Assembly: GCA_032718475.1 (NCBI GenBank)
Contig: JAUCBJ010000203.1
Span: 1 to 64,000 of the forward strand
Origin: Nemertoderma westbladi
Taxonomy: Eukaryota > Animalia > Xenacoelomorpha
Direction: 5' to 3'
Length of the DNA: 64,000 nucleotides
The translations under genes were made by a program, and so were the position numbers. Positions 1 through 16,100 of this stretch are shown here, piece after piece; position 1 is the stretch's first letter; each line of letters begins with the position of its first letter. Under the pieces are notes generated by a model. It had not been told where the DNA came from, ran no database searches, and saw only the letters and a list, made by a program, of their open reading frames with translations.

Positions 1-3000
1 TTCCGATATTACTACTGGGTGCGGGACCATGGGTTTTGGGCACATTCAATAAACTGGGGGCGATTTATGGGCGAACTTTGGGGCAACTTACAGGGGATTT
101 ATATTATCGTGTATAATTATTGTGAATATTTGGTGTATATTGATTTGGGGAAGCCCAAAATTATTCTTAATCAGGTTTTCAACTATAGGAAGTTACATTA
201 AAGAGTATATCCAACTAATGCAGCTTTTCTCAACCGCAAACTTGCATCTTAGAAATATTCCCTCCCCACAATCAATATCCGGTGACTGGCCGGGGCTCGG
301 TGGTCTGTTAAGTCACGTCTCCAGCATCGGCGTTTTTCCCCCTGGTGTAGGAATAACGGCAACAATTGGTACTACAGTTCTGTACTAGAGGCCCTATATT
401 GGTACTACAGTTCTGGACTATATTGGTACTACAGTTCTGTACTAGAGGCCCTATATTGGTACTACAGTTCTGTACTAGAGGCCCTATATTGGTACTACAG
501 TTCTGGACTATATTGGTACTACAGTTCTGTACTATATTGGTACTACAGTTCTGTACTAGAGGCCCTATATTGGTACTACAGTTCTGGACTATATTGGTAC
601 TACAGTTCTGGACTATATTGGTACTACAGTTCTGTACTATATTGGTACTACAGTTCTGTACTAGAGGCCCTATATTGGTACTACAGTTCTGGACTATATT
701 GGTACTACAGTTCTGGACTATATTGGTACTACAGTTCTGGACTATATTTGGTACTACAGTTCAGTACTATTGGTACTACAGTTCTGGACTATATTGGTAC
801 TACAGTTCTGGACTATATTGGTACTACAGTTCTGTACTATTGGTACTACAGTTCTGGACTATATTGGTACTACAGTTCTGGACTATATTGGTACTACAGT
901 TCTGTACTATTGGTACTACAGTTCTGGACTATATTTGGTACTACAGTTCAGTACTAGAGGCCCTATATTGGTACTACAGTTCAGTACTATATTGGTACTA
1001 CAGTTCTGGACTATATTGGTACTACAGTTCTGGACTATATTGGTACTTACAGTTCTGTACTATAGGTACTACAGTTCTGTACTATATGGACTACAGTTCT
1101 GTACTAGAGGCCCTATATTGGTACTACAGTTCAGTACTATTGGTACTACAGTTCTAGACTATATTGGTACTTACAGTTCTGGACTATATTGGTACTACAG
1201 TTCTGTACTAGAGGCCCTATATTGGTACTACAGTTCTGGACTATATTGGTACTACAGTTCTGGACTATATTGGTACTACAGTTCTGGACTATATTGGTAC
1301 TACAGTTCTGTACTATATTGGTACTACAGTTCTGTACTATATTGGTACTACAGTTCTGTACTAGAGGCCCTATATTGGTACTACAGTTCTGGACTATATT
1401 GGTACTACAGTTCTGGACTATATTGGTACTACAGTTCTGGACTATATTGGTACTACAGTTCTGTACTATTGGTACTACAGTTCTGGACTATATTTGGTAC
1501 TACAGTTCTGTACTATATTGGTACTACAGTTCTGTACTAGAGGCCCTATATTGGTACTACAGTTCTGGACTATATTGGTACTACAGTTCTGGACTATATT
1601 GGTACTACAGTTCTGGACTATATTGGTACTACAGTTCTGTACTATATTGGTACTACAGTTCTGTACTATATTGGTACTACAGTTCTGTACTAGAGGCCCT
1701 ATATTGGTACTACAGTTCTGGACTATATTGGTACTACAGTTCTGGACTATATTGGTACTACAGTTCTGGACTATATTGGTACTACAGTTCTGTACTATTG
1801 GTACTACAGTTCTGGACTATATTGGTACTACAGGTCTGTACTATATGGACTACAGTTCTGTACTATATTGGTACTACAGTTCTGGACTATATTGGTACTA
1901 CAGTTCTAGACTATATTGGTACTTACAGTTCTGGACTATATTGGTACTACAGTTCTGTACTAGAGGCCCTATATTGGTACTACAGTTCTGTACTATTGGT
2001 ACTACAGTTCTAGACTATATTGGTACTACAGTTCTGGACTATATTGGTACTTACAGTTCTGTACTAGAGGCCCTATATTGGTACTACAGTTCTGGACTAT
2101 ATTGGTACTACAGTTCAGTACTATATTGGTACTACAGTTCTGGACTATATTGGTACTACAGTTCTGTACTAGAGGCCCTATATTGGTACTACAGTTCTGG
2201 ACTATATTGGTACTACAGTTCTGGACTATATTGGTACTACAGTTCTGTACTATATTGGTACTACAGTTCTGTACTATATTGGTACTACAGTTCTGTACTA
2301 GAGGCCCTATATTGGTACTACAGTTCTGGACTATATTGGTACTACAGTTCTGGACTATATTGGTACTACAGTTCTGGACTATATTGGTACTACAGTTCTG
2401 TACTATTGGTACTACAGTTCTGGACTATATTTGGTACTACAGTTCTGTACTATATGGACTACAGTTCTGTACTAGAGGCCCTATATTGGTACTACAGTTC
2501 TGGACTATATTGGTACTACAGTTCTGGACTATATTTGGTACTACAGTTCTGTACTATATGGACTACAGTTCTGTACTAGAGGCCCTATATTGGTACTACA
2601 GTTCTGGACTATATTGGTACTACAGTTCTGGACTATATTGGTACTACAGTTCTGGACTATATTGGTACTACAGTTCTGTACTATTGGTACTACAGTTCTG
2701 GACTATATTTGGTACTACAGTTCAGTACTATATTAGTACTACAGTTCTGTACTATATGGACTACAGTTCTGTACTAGAGGCCCTATATTGGTACTACAGT
2801 TCTGGACTATATTGGTACTACAGTTCAGTACTATATTGGTACTACAGTTCTGGACTATATGGACTACAGTTCTGTACTAGAGGCCCTATATTGGTACTAC
2901 AGTTCTGTACTAGAGGCCCTATATTGGTACTACAGTTCTGGACTATATTGGTACTACAGTTCTGGACTATATTTGGTACTACAGTTCTGTACTATATGGA

Positions 3001-6000
3001 CTACAGTTCTGTACTAGAGGCCCTATATTGGTACTACAGTTCTGGACTATATTGGTACTACAGTTCTGTACTATATTGGTACTACAGTTCTGTACTATAT
3101 TGGTACTACAGTTCTGTACTAGAGGCCTATATTGGTACTACAGTTCTGGACTATATTGGTACTACAGTTCTGGACTATATTGGTACTACAGTTCTGGACT
3201 ATATTGGTACTACAGTTCTGTACTATTGGTACTACAGTTCTGGACTATATTTGGTACTACAGTTCTGTACTATATGGACTACAGTTCTGTACTAGAGGCC
3301 CTATATTGGTACTACAGTTCTGGACTATATTGGTACTACAGTTCTGGACTATATTTGGTACTACAGTTCTGTACTATATGGACTACAGTTCTGTACTAGA
3401 GGCCCTATATTGGTACTACAGTTCTGGACTATATTGGTACTACAGTTCTGGACTATATTGGTACTACAGTTCTGGACTATATTGGTACTACAGTTCTGTA
3501 CTATTGGTACTACAGTTCTGGACTATATTTGGTACTACAGTTCAGTACTATATTAGTACTACAGTTCTGTACTATATGGACTACAGTTCTGTACTAGAGG
3601 CCCTATATTGGTACTACAGTTCTGGACTATATTGGTACTACAGTTCAGTACTATATTGGTACTACAGTTCTGGACTATATGGACTACAGTTCTGTACTAG
3701 AGGCCCTATATTGGTACTACAGTTCTGTACTAGAGGCCCTATATTGGTACTACAGTTCTGGACTATATTGGTACTACAGTTCTGGACTATATTGGTACTA
3801 CAGTTCTGGACTATATTGGTACTACAGTTCTGGACTATATTGGTACTACAGTTCTGTACTAGAGGCCCTATATTGGTACTACAGTTCTGGACTATATTGG
3901 TACTACAGTTCTGGACTATATTGGTACTACAGTTCTGGACTATATTGGTACTACAGTTCTGGACTATATTGGTACTACAGTTCTGTACTATTGGTACTAC
4001 AGTTCTGGACTATATTTGGTACTACAGTTCAGTACTATATTAGTACTACAGTTCTGTACTATATGGACTACAGTTCTGTACTAGAGGCCCTATATTGGTA
4101 CTACAGTTCTGGACTATATTGGTACTACAGTTCTGTACTATTGGTACTACAGTTCTGGACTATATTTGGTACTACAGTTCAGTACTATATTAGTACTACA
4201 GTTCTGTACTATATTGGTACTACAGTTCTGGACTATATTGGTACTACAGTTCTGGACTATATTGGTACTACAGTTCTGGACTATATTGGTACTACAGTTC
4301 TGTACTATTGGTACTACAGTTCTGGACTATATTTGGTACTACAGTTCAGTACTATATTAGTACTTACAGTTCTGTACTATATTGGTACTACAGTTCTGTA
4401 CTATATTGGTACTACAGTTCTGGACTATATTGGTACTACAGTTCTGGACTATATTGGTACTACAGTTCTGTACTATATTGGTACTACAGTTCTGTACTAG
4501 AGGCCCTATATTGGTACTACAGTTCTGGACTATATTGGTACTACAGTTCTGGACTATATTGGTACTACATTTCTGGACTATATTGGTACTACAGTTCTGT
4601 ACTATTGGTACTACAGTTCTGGACTATATTGGTACTACAGTTCTGGACTATATTGGTACTACAGTTCTGTACTATATTGGTACTACAGTTCTGTACTAGA
4701 GGCCCTATATTGGTACTACAGTTCTGGACTATATTGGTACTACAGTTCTGGACTATATTGGTACTACAGTTCTGGACTATATTGGTACTACAGTTCTGGA
4801 CTATATTGGTACTACAGTTCTGGACTATATTGGTACTACAGTTCTGTACTATATGGACTACAGTTCTGGACTATATTGGTACTACAGTTCTGGACTATAT
4901 TGGTACTACAGTTCTGGACTATATTGGTACTACAGTTCTGGACTATATTGGTACTACAGTTCTGTACTATATTGGTACTACAGTTCTGTACTAGAGGCCC
5001 TATATTGGTACTACAGTTCTGGACTATATTGGTACTACAGTTCTGGACTATATTGGTACTACAGTTCTGGACTATATTGGTACTACAGTTCTGTACTTTT
5101 GGTACTACAGTTCTGGACTATATTTGGTACTACAGTTCAGTACTATATTAGTACTACAGTTCTGTACTATATTGGTACTACAGTTCTGTACTAGAGGCCC
5201 TATATTGGTACTACAGTTCTGGACTATATTGGTACTACAGTTCTGGACTATATTGGTACTACAGTTCTGGACTATATTGGTACTACAGTTCTGTACTAGA
5301 GGCCCTATATTGGTACTACAGTTCTGGACTAGAGGCCCTATATTGGTACTACAGTTCTGGACTATATTGGTACTACAGTTCTGTACTATATTGGTACTAC
5401 AGTTCTGTACTATTGGTACTACAGTTCTGGACTATATTTGGTACTACAGTTCAGTACTATATTGGTACTTACAGTTCTGTACTATATTTGGTACTACAGT
5501 TCTGTACTATATGGACTACAGTTCTGTACTAGAGGCCCTATATTGGTACTACAGTTCTGGACTATATTAGTACTACAGTTCTGTACTATATTGGTACTTA
5601 CAGTTCTGTACTATATTTGGTACTACAGTTCTGTACTATATTGGTACTTACAGTTCTGTACTATATTTGGTACTACAGTTCTGTACTATATGGACTACAG
5701 TTCTGTACTAGAGGCCCTATATTGGTACTACAGTTCTGGACTATATTAGTACTACAGTTCTGTACTATATTGGTACTACAGTTCTGGACTATATTGGTAC
5801 TACAGTTCTGTACTATATTGGTACTACAGTTCTGGACTATATTGGTACTACAGTTCTGTACTATATGGACTACAGTTCTGTACTAGAGGCCCTATATTGG
5901 TACTACAGTTCTGTACTATATTGGTACTACAGTTCTGTACTATATTGGTACTACAGTTCTGGACTATATTGGTACTACAGTTCTGTACTATATGGACTAC

Positions 6001-9000
6001 AGTTCTGTACTAGAGGCCCTATATTGGTACTACAGTTCTGTACTATATTGGTACTACAGTTCTGTACTATATTGGTACTACAGTTCTGTACTATATTGGT
6101 ACTACAGTTCTGTACTATATGGACTACAGTTCTGTACTAGAGGCCCTATATTGGTACTACAGTTCTGTACTATATTGGTACTACAGTTCTGTACTATATT
6201 GGTACTACAGTTCTGGACTATATTGGTACTACAGTTCTGGACTATATTGGTACTACAGTTCTGGACTATATGGACTACAGTTCTGTACTAGAGGCCCTAT
6301 ATTAGTACTACAGTTCTGTACTATATTAGTACTTACAGTTCTGGACTATATTGGTACTACAGTTCTGGACTATATTGGTACTTACAGTTCTGTACTATTG
6401 GTACTACAGTTCTGGACTATATTGGTACTTACAGTTCTGTACTATATGGACTACAGTTCTGTACTAGAGGCCCTATATTGGTACTACAGTTCAGTACTAT
6501 ATTAGTACTACAGTTCTGTACTATATTGGTACTACAGTTCTGGACTATATTGGTACTACAGTTCTGGACTATATTGGTACTTACAGTTCTGTACTATATG
6601 GACTACAGTTCTGTACTAGAGGCCCTATATTGGTACTACAGTTCAGTACTATATTGGTACTACAGTTCTGGACTATATTGGTACTACAGTTCTGTACTAT
6701 ATGGACTACAGTTCTGTACTAGAGGCCCTATATTGGTACTACAGTTCAGTACTATATTGGTACTACAGTTCTGGACTATATTGGTACTACAGTTCTGGAC
6801 TATATTGGTACTACAGTTCTGTACTATATTGGTACTACAGTTCTGTACTAGAGGCCCTATATTGGTACTACAGTTCTGGACTATATTGGTACTACAGTTC
6901 TGTACTATATGGACTACAGTTCTGTACTAGAGGCCCTATATTGGTACTACAGTTCAGTACTATATTGGTACTACAGTTCTGGACTATATTGGTACTACAG
7001 TTCTGGACTATATTGGTACTACAGTTCTGTACTATATTGGTACTACAGTTCTGTACTAGAGGCCCTATATTGGTACTACAGTTCTGGACTATATTGGTAC
7101 TACAGTTCTGGACTATATTGGTACTACATTTCTGGACTATATTGGTACTACAGTTCTGTACTATATTGGTACTACAGTTCTGTACTAGAGGCCCTATATT
7201 GGTACTACAGTTCTGGACTATATTGGTACTACAGTTCTGGACTATATTGGTACTACATTTCTGGACTATATTGGTACTACAGTTCTGTACTATTGGTACT
7301 ACAGTTCTGGACTATATTGGTACTACAGTTCTGGACTATATTGGTACTACAGTTCTGTACTATATTGGTACTACAGTTCTGTACTATATTGGTACTACAG
7401 TTCTGGACTATATTGGTACTACAGTTCTGTACTATATGGACTACAGTTCTGTACTAGAGGCCCTATATTGGTACTACAGTTCAGTACTATATTGGTACTA
7501 CAGTTCTGGACTATATTGGTACTACAGTTCTGGACTATATTGGTACTACAGTTCTGTACTATATTGGTACTACAGTTCTGTACTAGAGGCCCTATATTGG
7601 TACTACAGTTCTGGACTATATTGGTACTACAGTTCTGTACTATATTGGTACTACAGTTCTGTACTAGAGGCCCTATATTGGTACTACAGTTCTGGACTAT
7701 ATTGGTACTACAGTTCTGGACTATATTGGTACTACATTTCTGGACTATATTGGTACTACAGTTCTGTACTATTGGTACTACAGTTCTGGACTATATTGGT
7801 ACTACAGTTCTGGACTATATTGGTACTACAGTTCTGTACTATATTGGTACTACAGTTCTGTACTAGAGGCCCTATATTGGTACTACAGTTCTGGACTATA
7901 TTGGTACTACAGTTCTGGACTATATTGGTACTACAGTTCTGTACTATATTGGTACTACAGTTCTGTACTAGAGGCCCTATATTGGTACTACAGTTCTGGA
8001 CTATATTGGTACTACATTTCTGGACTATATTGGTACTACAGTTCTGTACTATTGGTACTACAGTTCTGGACTATATTGGTACTACAGTTCTGGACTATAT
8101 TGGTACTACAGTTCTGTACTATATTGGTACTACAGTTCTGTACTAGAGGCCCTATATTGGTACTACAGTTCTGGACTATATTGGTACTACAGTTCTGTAC
8201 TATATTGGTACTACAGTTCTGTACTAGAGGCCCTATATTGGTACTACAGTTCTGTACTATATTGGTACTACAGTTCTGTACTATATTGGTACTACAGTTC
8301 TGGACTATATTGGTACTACAGTTCTGTACTATATGGACTACAGTTCTGTACTAGAGGCCCTATATTGGTACTACAGTTCAGTACTATATTGGTACTACAG
8401 TTCTGGACTATATTGGTACTACAGTTCTGGACTATATTGGTACTACAGTTCTGTACTATATTGGTACTACAGTTCTGTACTAGAGGCCCTATATTGGTAC
8501 TACAGTTCTGGACTATATTGGTACTACAGTTCTGTACTATATTGGTACTACAGTTCTGTACTAGAGGCCCTATATTGGTACTACAGTTCTGGACTATATT
8601 GGTACTACAGTTCTGGACTATATTGGTACTACAGTTCTGGACTATATTGGTACTACAGTTCTGTACTATTGGTACTACAGTTCTGGACTATATTGGTACT
8701 ACAGTTCTGGACTATATTGGTACTACAGTTCTGTACTATATTGGTACTACAGTTCTGTACTAGAGGCCCTATATTGGTACTACAGTTCTGGACTATATTG
8801 GTACTACAGTTCTGGACTATATTGGTACTACAGTTCTGGACTATATTGGTACTACAGTTCTGGACTATATTGGTACTACAGTTCTGGACTATATTGGTAC
8901 TACAGTTCTGTACTATATGGACTACAGTTCTGGACTATATTGGTACTACAGTTCTGGACTATATTGGTACTACAGTTCTGGACTATATTGGTACTACAGT

Positions 9001-12000
9001 TCTGGACTATATTGGTACTACAGTTCTGTACTATATTGGTACTACAGTTCTGTACTAGAGGCCCTATATTGGTACTACAGTTCTGGACTATATTGGTACT
9101 ACAGTTCTGGACTATATTGGTACTACAGTTCTGGACTATATTGGTACTACAGTTCTGTACTTTTGGTACTACAGTTCTGGACTATATTTGGTACTACAGT
9201 TCAGTACTATATTAGTACTACAGTTCTGTACTATATTGGTACTACAGTTCTGTACTAGAGGCCCTATATTGGTACTACAGTTCTGGACTATATTGGTACT
9301 ACAGTTCAGTACTATATTGGTACTACAGTTCTGGACTATATTGGTACTACAGTTCTGGACTATATTGGTACTACAGTTCTGGACTATATTGGTACTACAG
9401 TTCTGTACTAGAGGCCCTATATTGGTACTACAGTTCTGGACTAGAGGCCCTATATTGGTACTACAGTTCTGGACTATATTGGTACTACAGTTCTGTACTA
9501 TATTGGTACTACAGTTCTGTACTATTGGTACTACAGTTCTGGACTATATTTGGTACTACAGTTCAGTACTATATTGGTACTTACAGTTCTGTACTATATT
9601 TGGTACTACAGTTCTGTACTATATGGACTACAGTTCTGTACTAGAGGCCCTATATTGGTACTACAGTTCTGGACTATATTAGTACTACAGTTCTGTACTA
9701 TATTGGTACTTACAGTTCTGTACTATATTTGGTACTACAGTTCTGTACTATATTGGTACTTACAGTTCTGTACTATATTTGGTACTACAGTTCTGTACTA
9801 TATGGACTACAGTTCTGTACTAGAGGCCCTATATTGGTACTACAGTTCTGGACTATATTAGTACTACAGTTCTGTACTATATTGGTACTACAGTTCTGGA
9901 CTATATTGGTACTACAGTTCTGGACTATATTGGTACTACAGTTCTGTACTATATGGACTACAGTTCTGTACTAGAGGCCCTATATTGGTACTACAGTTCT
10001 GTACTATATTGGTACTACAGTTCTGTACTATATTGGTACTACAGTTCTGGACTATATTGGTACTACAGTTCTGGACTATATTGGTACTACAGTTCTGGAC
10101 TATATGGACTACAGTTCTGTACTAGAGGCCCTATATTAGTACTACAGTTCTGTACTATATTAGTACTTACAGTTCTGGACTATATTGGTACTACAGTTCT
10201 GGACTATATTGGTACTTACAGTTCTGTACTATTGGTACTACAGTTCTGGACTATATTGGTACTTACAGTTCTGTACTATATGGACTACAGTTCTGTACTA
10301 GAGGCCCTATATTGGTACTACAGTTCAGTACTATATTAGTACTACAGTTCTGTACTATATTGGTACTACAGTTCTGGACTATATTGGTACTACAGTTCTG
10401 GACTATATTGGTACTTACAGTTCTGTACTATATGGACTACAGTTCTGTACTAGAGGCCCTATATTGGTACTACAGTTCAGTACTATATTGGTACTACAGT
10501 TCTGGACTATATTGGTACTACAGTTCTGTACTATATGGACTACAGTTCTGTACTAGAGGCCCTATATTGGTACTACAGTTCAGTACTATATTGGTACTAC
10601 AGTTCTGGACTATATTGGTACTACAGTTCTGGACTATATTGGTACTACAGTTCTGTACTATATGGACTACAGTTCTGTACTAGAGGCCCTATATTGGTAC
10701 TACAGTTCAGTACTATATTGGTACTACAGTTCAGTACTATATTGGTACTACAGTTCTGGACTATATTGGTACTACAGTTCTGTACTATATGGACTACAGT
10801 TCTGTACTAGAGGCCCTATATTGGTACTACAGTTCAGTACTATATTGGTACTACAGTTCTGGACTATATTGGTACTACAGTTCTGGACTATATTGGTACT
10901 ACAGTTCTGGACTATATTGGTACTACAGTTCTGGACTATATTGGTACTTACAGTTCTGTACTATTGGTACTACAGTTCTGGACTATATTGGTACTACAGT
11001 TCTGGACTATATTGGTACTTACAGTTCTGTACTATATTGGTACTACAGTTCAGTACTATATTGGTACTACAGTTCAGTACTATATTGGTACTACAGTTCT
11101 GGACTATATTGGTACTACAGTTCTGGACTATATTGGTACTACAGTTCTGTACTATATGGACTACAGTTCTGTACTAGAGGCCCTATATTGGTACTACAGT
11201 TCAGTACTATATTGGTACTACAGTTCAGTACTATATTGGTACTACAGTTCTGGACTATATTGGTACTACAGTTCTGTACTATATGGACTACAGTTCTGTA
11301 CTAGAGGCCCTATATTGGTACTACAGTTCAGTACTATATTGGTACTACAGTTCTGGACTATATTGGTACTACAGTTCTGGACTATATTGGTACTACAGTT
11401 CTGGACTATATTGGTACTACAGTTCTGGACTATATTGGTACTTACAGTTCTGTACTATTGGTACTACAGTTCTGGACTATATTGGTACTACAGTTCTGGA
11501 CTATATTGGTACTTACAGTTCTGTACTATATTGGTACTACAGTTCAGTACTATATTGGTACTTACAGTTCTGTACTATATGGACTACAGTTCTGTACTAG
11601 AGGCCCTATATTGGTACTTACAGTTCTGTACTATTGGTACTACAGTTCTGTACTATATTAGTACTACAGTTCTGTACTATATGGACTACAGTTCTGTACT
11701 AGAGGCCCTATATTGGTACTACAGTTCAGTACTATATTGGTACTACAGTTCTGGACTATATTGGTACTACAGTTCTGGACTATATTGGTACTTACAGTTC
11801 TGTACTATTGGTACTACAGTTCTGGACTATATTGGTACTACAGTTCTGGACTATATTGGTACTTACAGTTCTGTACTATATTGGTACTACAGTTCTGGAC
11901 TATATTGGTACTACAGTTCTGTACTATATGGACTACAGTTCTGTACTAGAGGCCCTATATTGGTACTACAGTTCAGTACTATATTGGTACTACAGTTCTG

Positions 12001-13199
12001 GACTATATTGGTACTACAGTTCTGGACTATATTGGTACTTACAGTTCTGTACTATTGGTACTACAGTTCTGGACTATATTGGTACTACAGTTCTGGACTA
12101 TATTGGTACTTACAGTTCTGTACTATATTGGTACTTACAGTTCTGTACTATTGTTACTACAGTTCTGGACTATATTGGTACTACAGTTCTGGACTATATT
12201 GGTACTACAGTTCTGGACTATATTGGTACTTACAGTTCTGTACTATTGGTACTACAGTTCTGGACTATATTGGTACTACAGTTCTGGACTATATTGGTAC
12301 TTACAGTTCTGTACTATATGGACTACAGTTCTGTACTATATGGACTACAGTTCTGTACTAGAGGCCCTATATTGGTACTACAGTTCAGTACTATATTGGT
12401 ACTACAGTTCTGGACTATATTGGTACTACAGTTCTGGACTATATTGGTACTTACAGTTCTGTACTAGAGGCCCTATATTGGTACTACAGTTCAGTACTAT
12501 ATTGGTACTACAGTTCTGGACTATATTGGTACTACAGTTCAGTACTATATTGGTACTACAGTTCTGGACTATATTGGTACTACAGTTCTGGACTATATTG
12601 GTACTTACAGTTCTGTACTATTGGTACTACAGTTCTGGACTATATTGGTACTACAGTTCTGGACTATATTGGTACTTACAGTTCTGTACTATTGGTACTA
12701 CAGTTCTGGACTATATTGGTACTACAGTTCTGTACTATATTGGTACTACAGTTCTGGACTATATTGGTACTTACAGTTCTGTACTATTGGTACTACAGTT
12801 CTGTACTATATGGACTACAGTTCTGTACTAGAGGCCCTATATTGGTACTACAGTTCAGTACTATATTGGTACTACAGTTCTGGACTATATTGGTACTACA
12901 GTTCTGGACTATATTGGTACTTACAGTTCTGTACTATTGGTACTACAGTTCTGGACTATATTGGTACTACAGTTCTGGACTATATTGGTACTTACAGTTC
13001 TGTACTATATGGACTACAGTTCTGTACTAGAGGCCCTATATTGGTACTACAGTTCTGTACTATATTGGTACTACAGTTCTGTACTAGAGGCCCTATATTG
13101 GTACTACAGTTCTGGACTAGATTGGTACTACAGTTCTGGACTATATTGGTACTACAGTTCTGGACTATATTGGTACTACAGTTCTGGACTATATTGGTA

Positions 13200-16100
13200 C
13201 TTACAGTTCTGTACTATTGGTACTACAGTTCTGGACTATATTGGTACTACAGTTCTGGACTATATTGGTACTTACAGTTCTGTACTATATGGACTACAGT
13301 TCTGTACTAGAGGCCCTATATTGGTACTACAGTTCTGTACTATATTGGTACTACAGTTCTGTACTAGAGGCCCTATATTGGTACTACAGTTCTGGACTAG
13401 ATTGGTACTACAGTTCTGGACTATATTGGTACTACAGTTCTGGACTATATTGGTACTACAGTTCCTGACTATATTGGTACTACAGTTCTGTACTATTGGT
13501 ACTACAGTTCTGGACTATATTTGGTACTACAGTTCAGTACTATATTAGTACTTACAGTTCTGTACTATATTGGTACTACAGTTCTGTACTATATTGGTAC
13601 TACAGTTCTGGACTATATTGGTACTACAGTTCTGGACTATATTGGTACTACAGTTCGGTACTATATTGGTACTACAGTTCTGTACTAGAGGCCCTATATT
13701 GGTACTACAGTTCTGGACTATATTGGTACTACAGTTCTGGACTATATTGGTACTACAGTTCTGGACTATATTGGTACTACAGTTCTGTACTATTGGTACT
13801 ACAGTTCTGGACTATATTGGTACTACAGTTCTGGACTATATTGGTACTACAGTTCTGTACTATATTGGTACTACAGTTCTGTACTAGAGGCCCTATATTG
13901 GTACTACAGTTCTGGACTATATTGGTACTACAGTTCTGGACTATATTGGTACTACAGTTCTGGACTATATTGGTACTACAGTTCTGGACTATATTGGTAC
14001 TACAGTTCTGGACTATATTGGTACTACAGTTCTGTACTATATGGACTACAGTTCTGGACTATATTGGTACTACAGTTCTGGACTATATTGGTACTACAGT
14101 TCTGGACTATATTGGTACTACAGTTCTGGACTATATTGGTACTACAGTTCTGTACTATATTGGTACTACAGTTCTGTACTAGAGGCCCTATATTGGTACT
14201 ACAGTTCTGGACTATATTGGTACTACAGTTCTGGACTATATTGGTACTACAGTTCTGGACTATATTGGTACTACAGTTCTGTACTATTGGTACTACAGTT
14301 CTGGACTATATTTGGTACTACAGTTCAGTACTATATTAGTACTACAGTTCTGTACTATATTGGTACTACAGTTCTGTACTAGAGGCCCTATATTGGTACT
14401 ACAGTTCTGGACTATATTGGTACTACAGTTCTGGACTATATTGGTACTACAGTTCTGGACTATATTGGTACTACAGTTCTGTACTAGAGGCCCTATATTG
14501 GTACTACAGTTCTGGACTAGAGGCCCTATATTGGTACTACAGTTCTGGACTATATTGGTACTACAGTTCTGGACTATATTGGTACTACAGTTCTGTACTA
14601 TTGGTACTACAGTTCTGGACTATATTTGGTACTACAGTTCAGTACTATATTAGTACTACAGTTCTGTACTATATTGGTACTACTGTTCTGTACTATATTA
14701 GTACTACAGTTCTGTACTATATGGACTACAGTTCTGTACTAGAGGCCCTATATTGGTACTACAGTTCTGGACTATATTAGTACTACAGTTCTGTACTATA
14801 TTGGTACTACAGTTCTGGACTATATTGGTACTACAGTTCTGGACTATATTGGTACTACAGTTCTGTACTATATGGACTACAGTTCTGTACTAGAGGCCCT
14901 ATATTGGTACTACAGTTCTGTACTATATTGGTACTACAGTTCTGTACTATATTGGTACTACAGTTCTGGACTATATTGGTACTACAGTTCTGGACTATAT
15001 TGGTACTACAGTTCTGGACTATATGGACTACAGTTCTGTACTAGAGGCCCTATATTAGTACTACAGTTCTGTACTATATTAGTACTTACAGTTCTGGACT
15101 ATATTGGTACTACAGTTCTGGACTATATTGGTACTTACAGTTCTGTACTATTGGTACTACAGTTCTGGACTATATTGGTACTTACAGTTCTGTACTATAT
15201 GGACTACAGTTCTGTACTAGAGGCCCTATATTGGTACTACAGTTCAGTTCTATATTAGTACTACAGTTCTGTACTATATTGGTACTACAGTTCTGGACTA
15301 TATTGGTACTACAGTTCTGGACTATATTGGTACTTACAGTTCTGTACTATATGGACTACAGTTCTGTACTAGAGGCCCTATATTGGTACTACAGTTCAGT
15401 ACTATATTGGTACTACAGTTCTGGACTATATTGGTACTACAGTTCTGTACTATATGGACTACAGTTCTGTACTAGAGGCCCTATATTGGTACTACAGTTC
15501 AGTACTATATTGGTACTACAGTTCTGGACTATATTGGTACTACAGTTCTGGACTATATTGGTACTACAGTTCTGTACTATATGGACTACAGTTCTGTACT
15601 AGAGGCCCTATATTGGTACTACAGTTCAGTACTATATTGGTACTACAGTTCAGTACTATATTGGTACTACAGTTCTGGACTATATTGGTACTACAGTTCT
15701 GTACTATATGGACTACAGTTCTGTACTAGAGGCCCTATATTGGTACTACAGTTCAGTACTATATTGGTACTACAGTTCTGGACTATATTGGTACTACAGT
15801 TCTGGACTATATTGGTACTACAGTTCTGGACTATATTGGTACTACAGTTCTGGACTATATTGGTACTTACAGTTCTGTACTATTGGTACTACAGTTCTGG
15901 ACTATATTGGTACTACAGTTCTGGACTATATTGGTACTTACAGTTCTGTACTATATTGGTACTACAGTTCAGTACTATATTGGTACTACAGTTCAGTACT
16001 ATATTGGTACTACAGTTCTGGACTATATTGGTACTACAGTTCTGGACTATATTGGTACTACAGTTCTGTACTATATGGACTACAGTTCTGTACTAGAGGC

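Noticed and set aside
19-388. Short ORFs and a GC-richer patch left of the array
   Set aside because: No recognisable protein or RNA motif on either strand.
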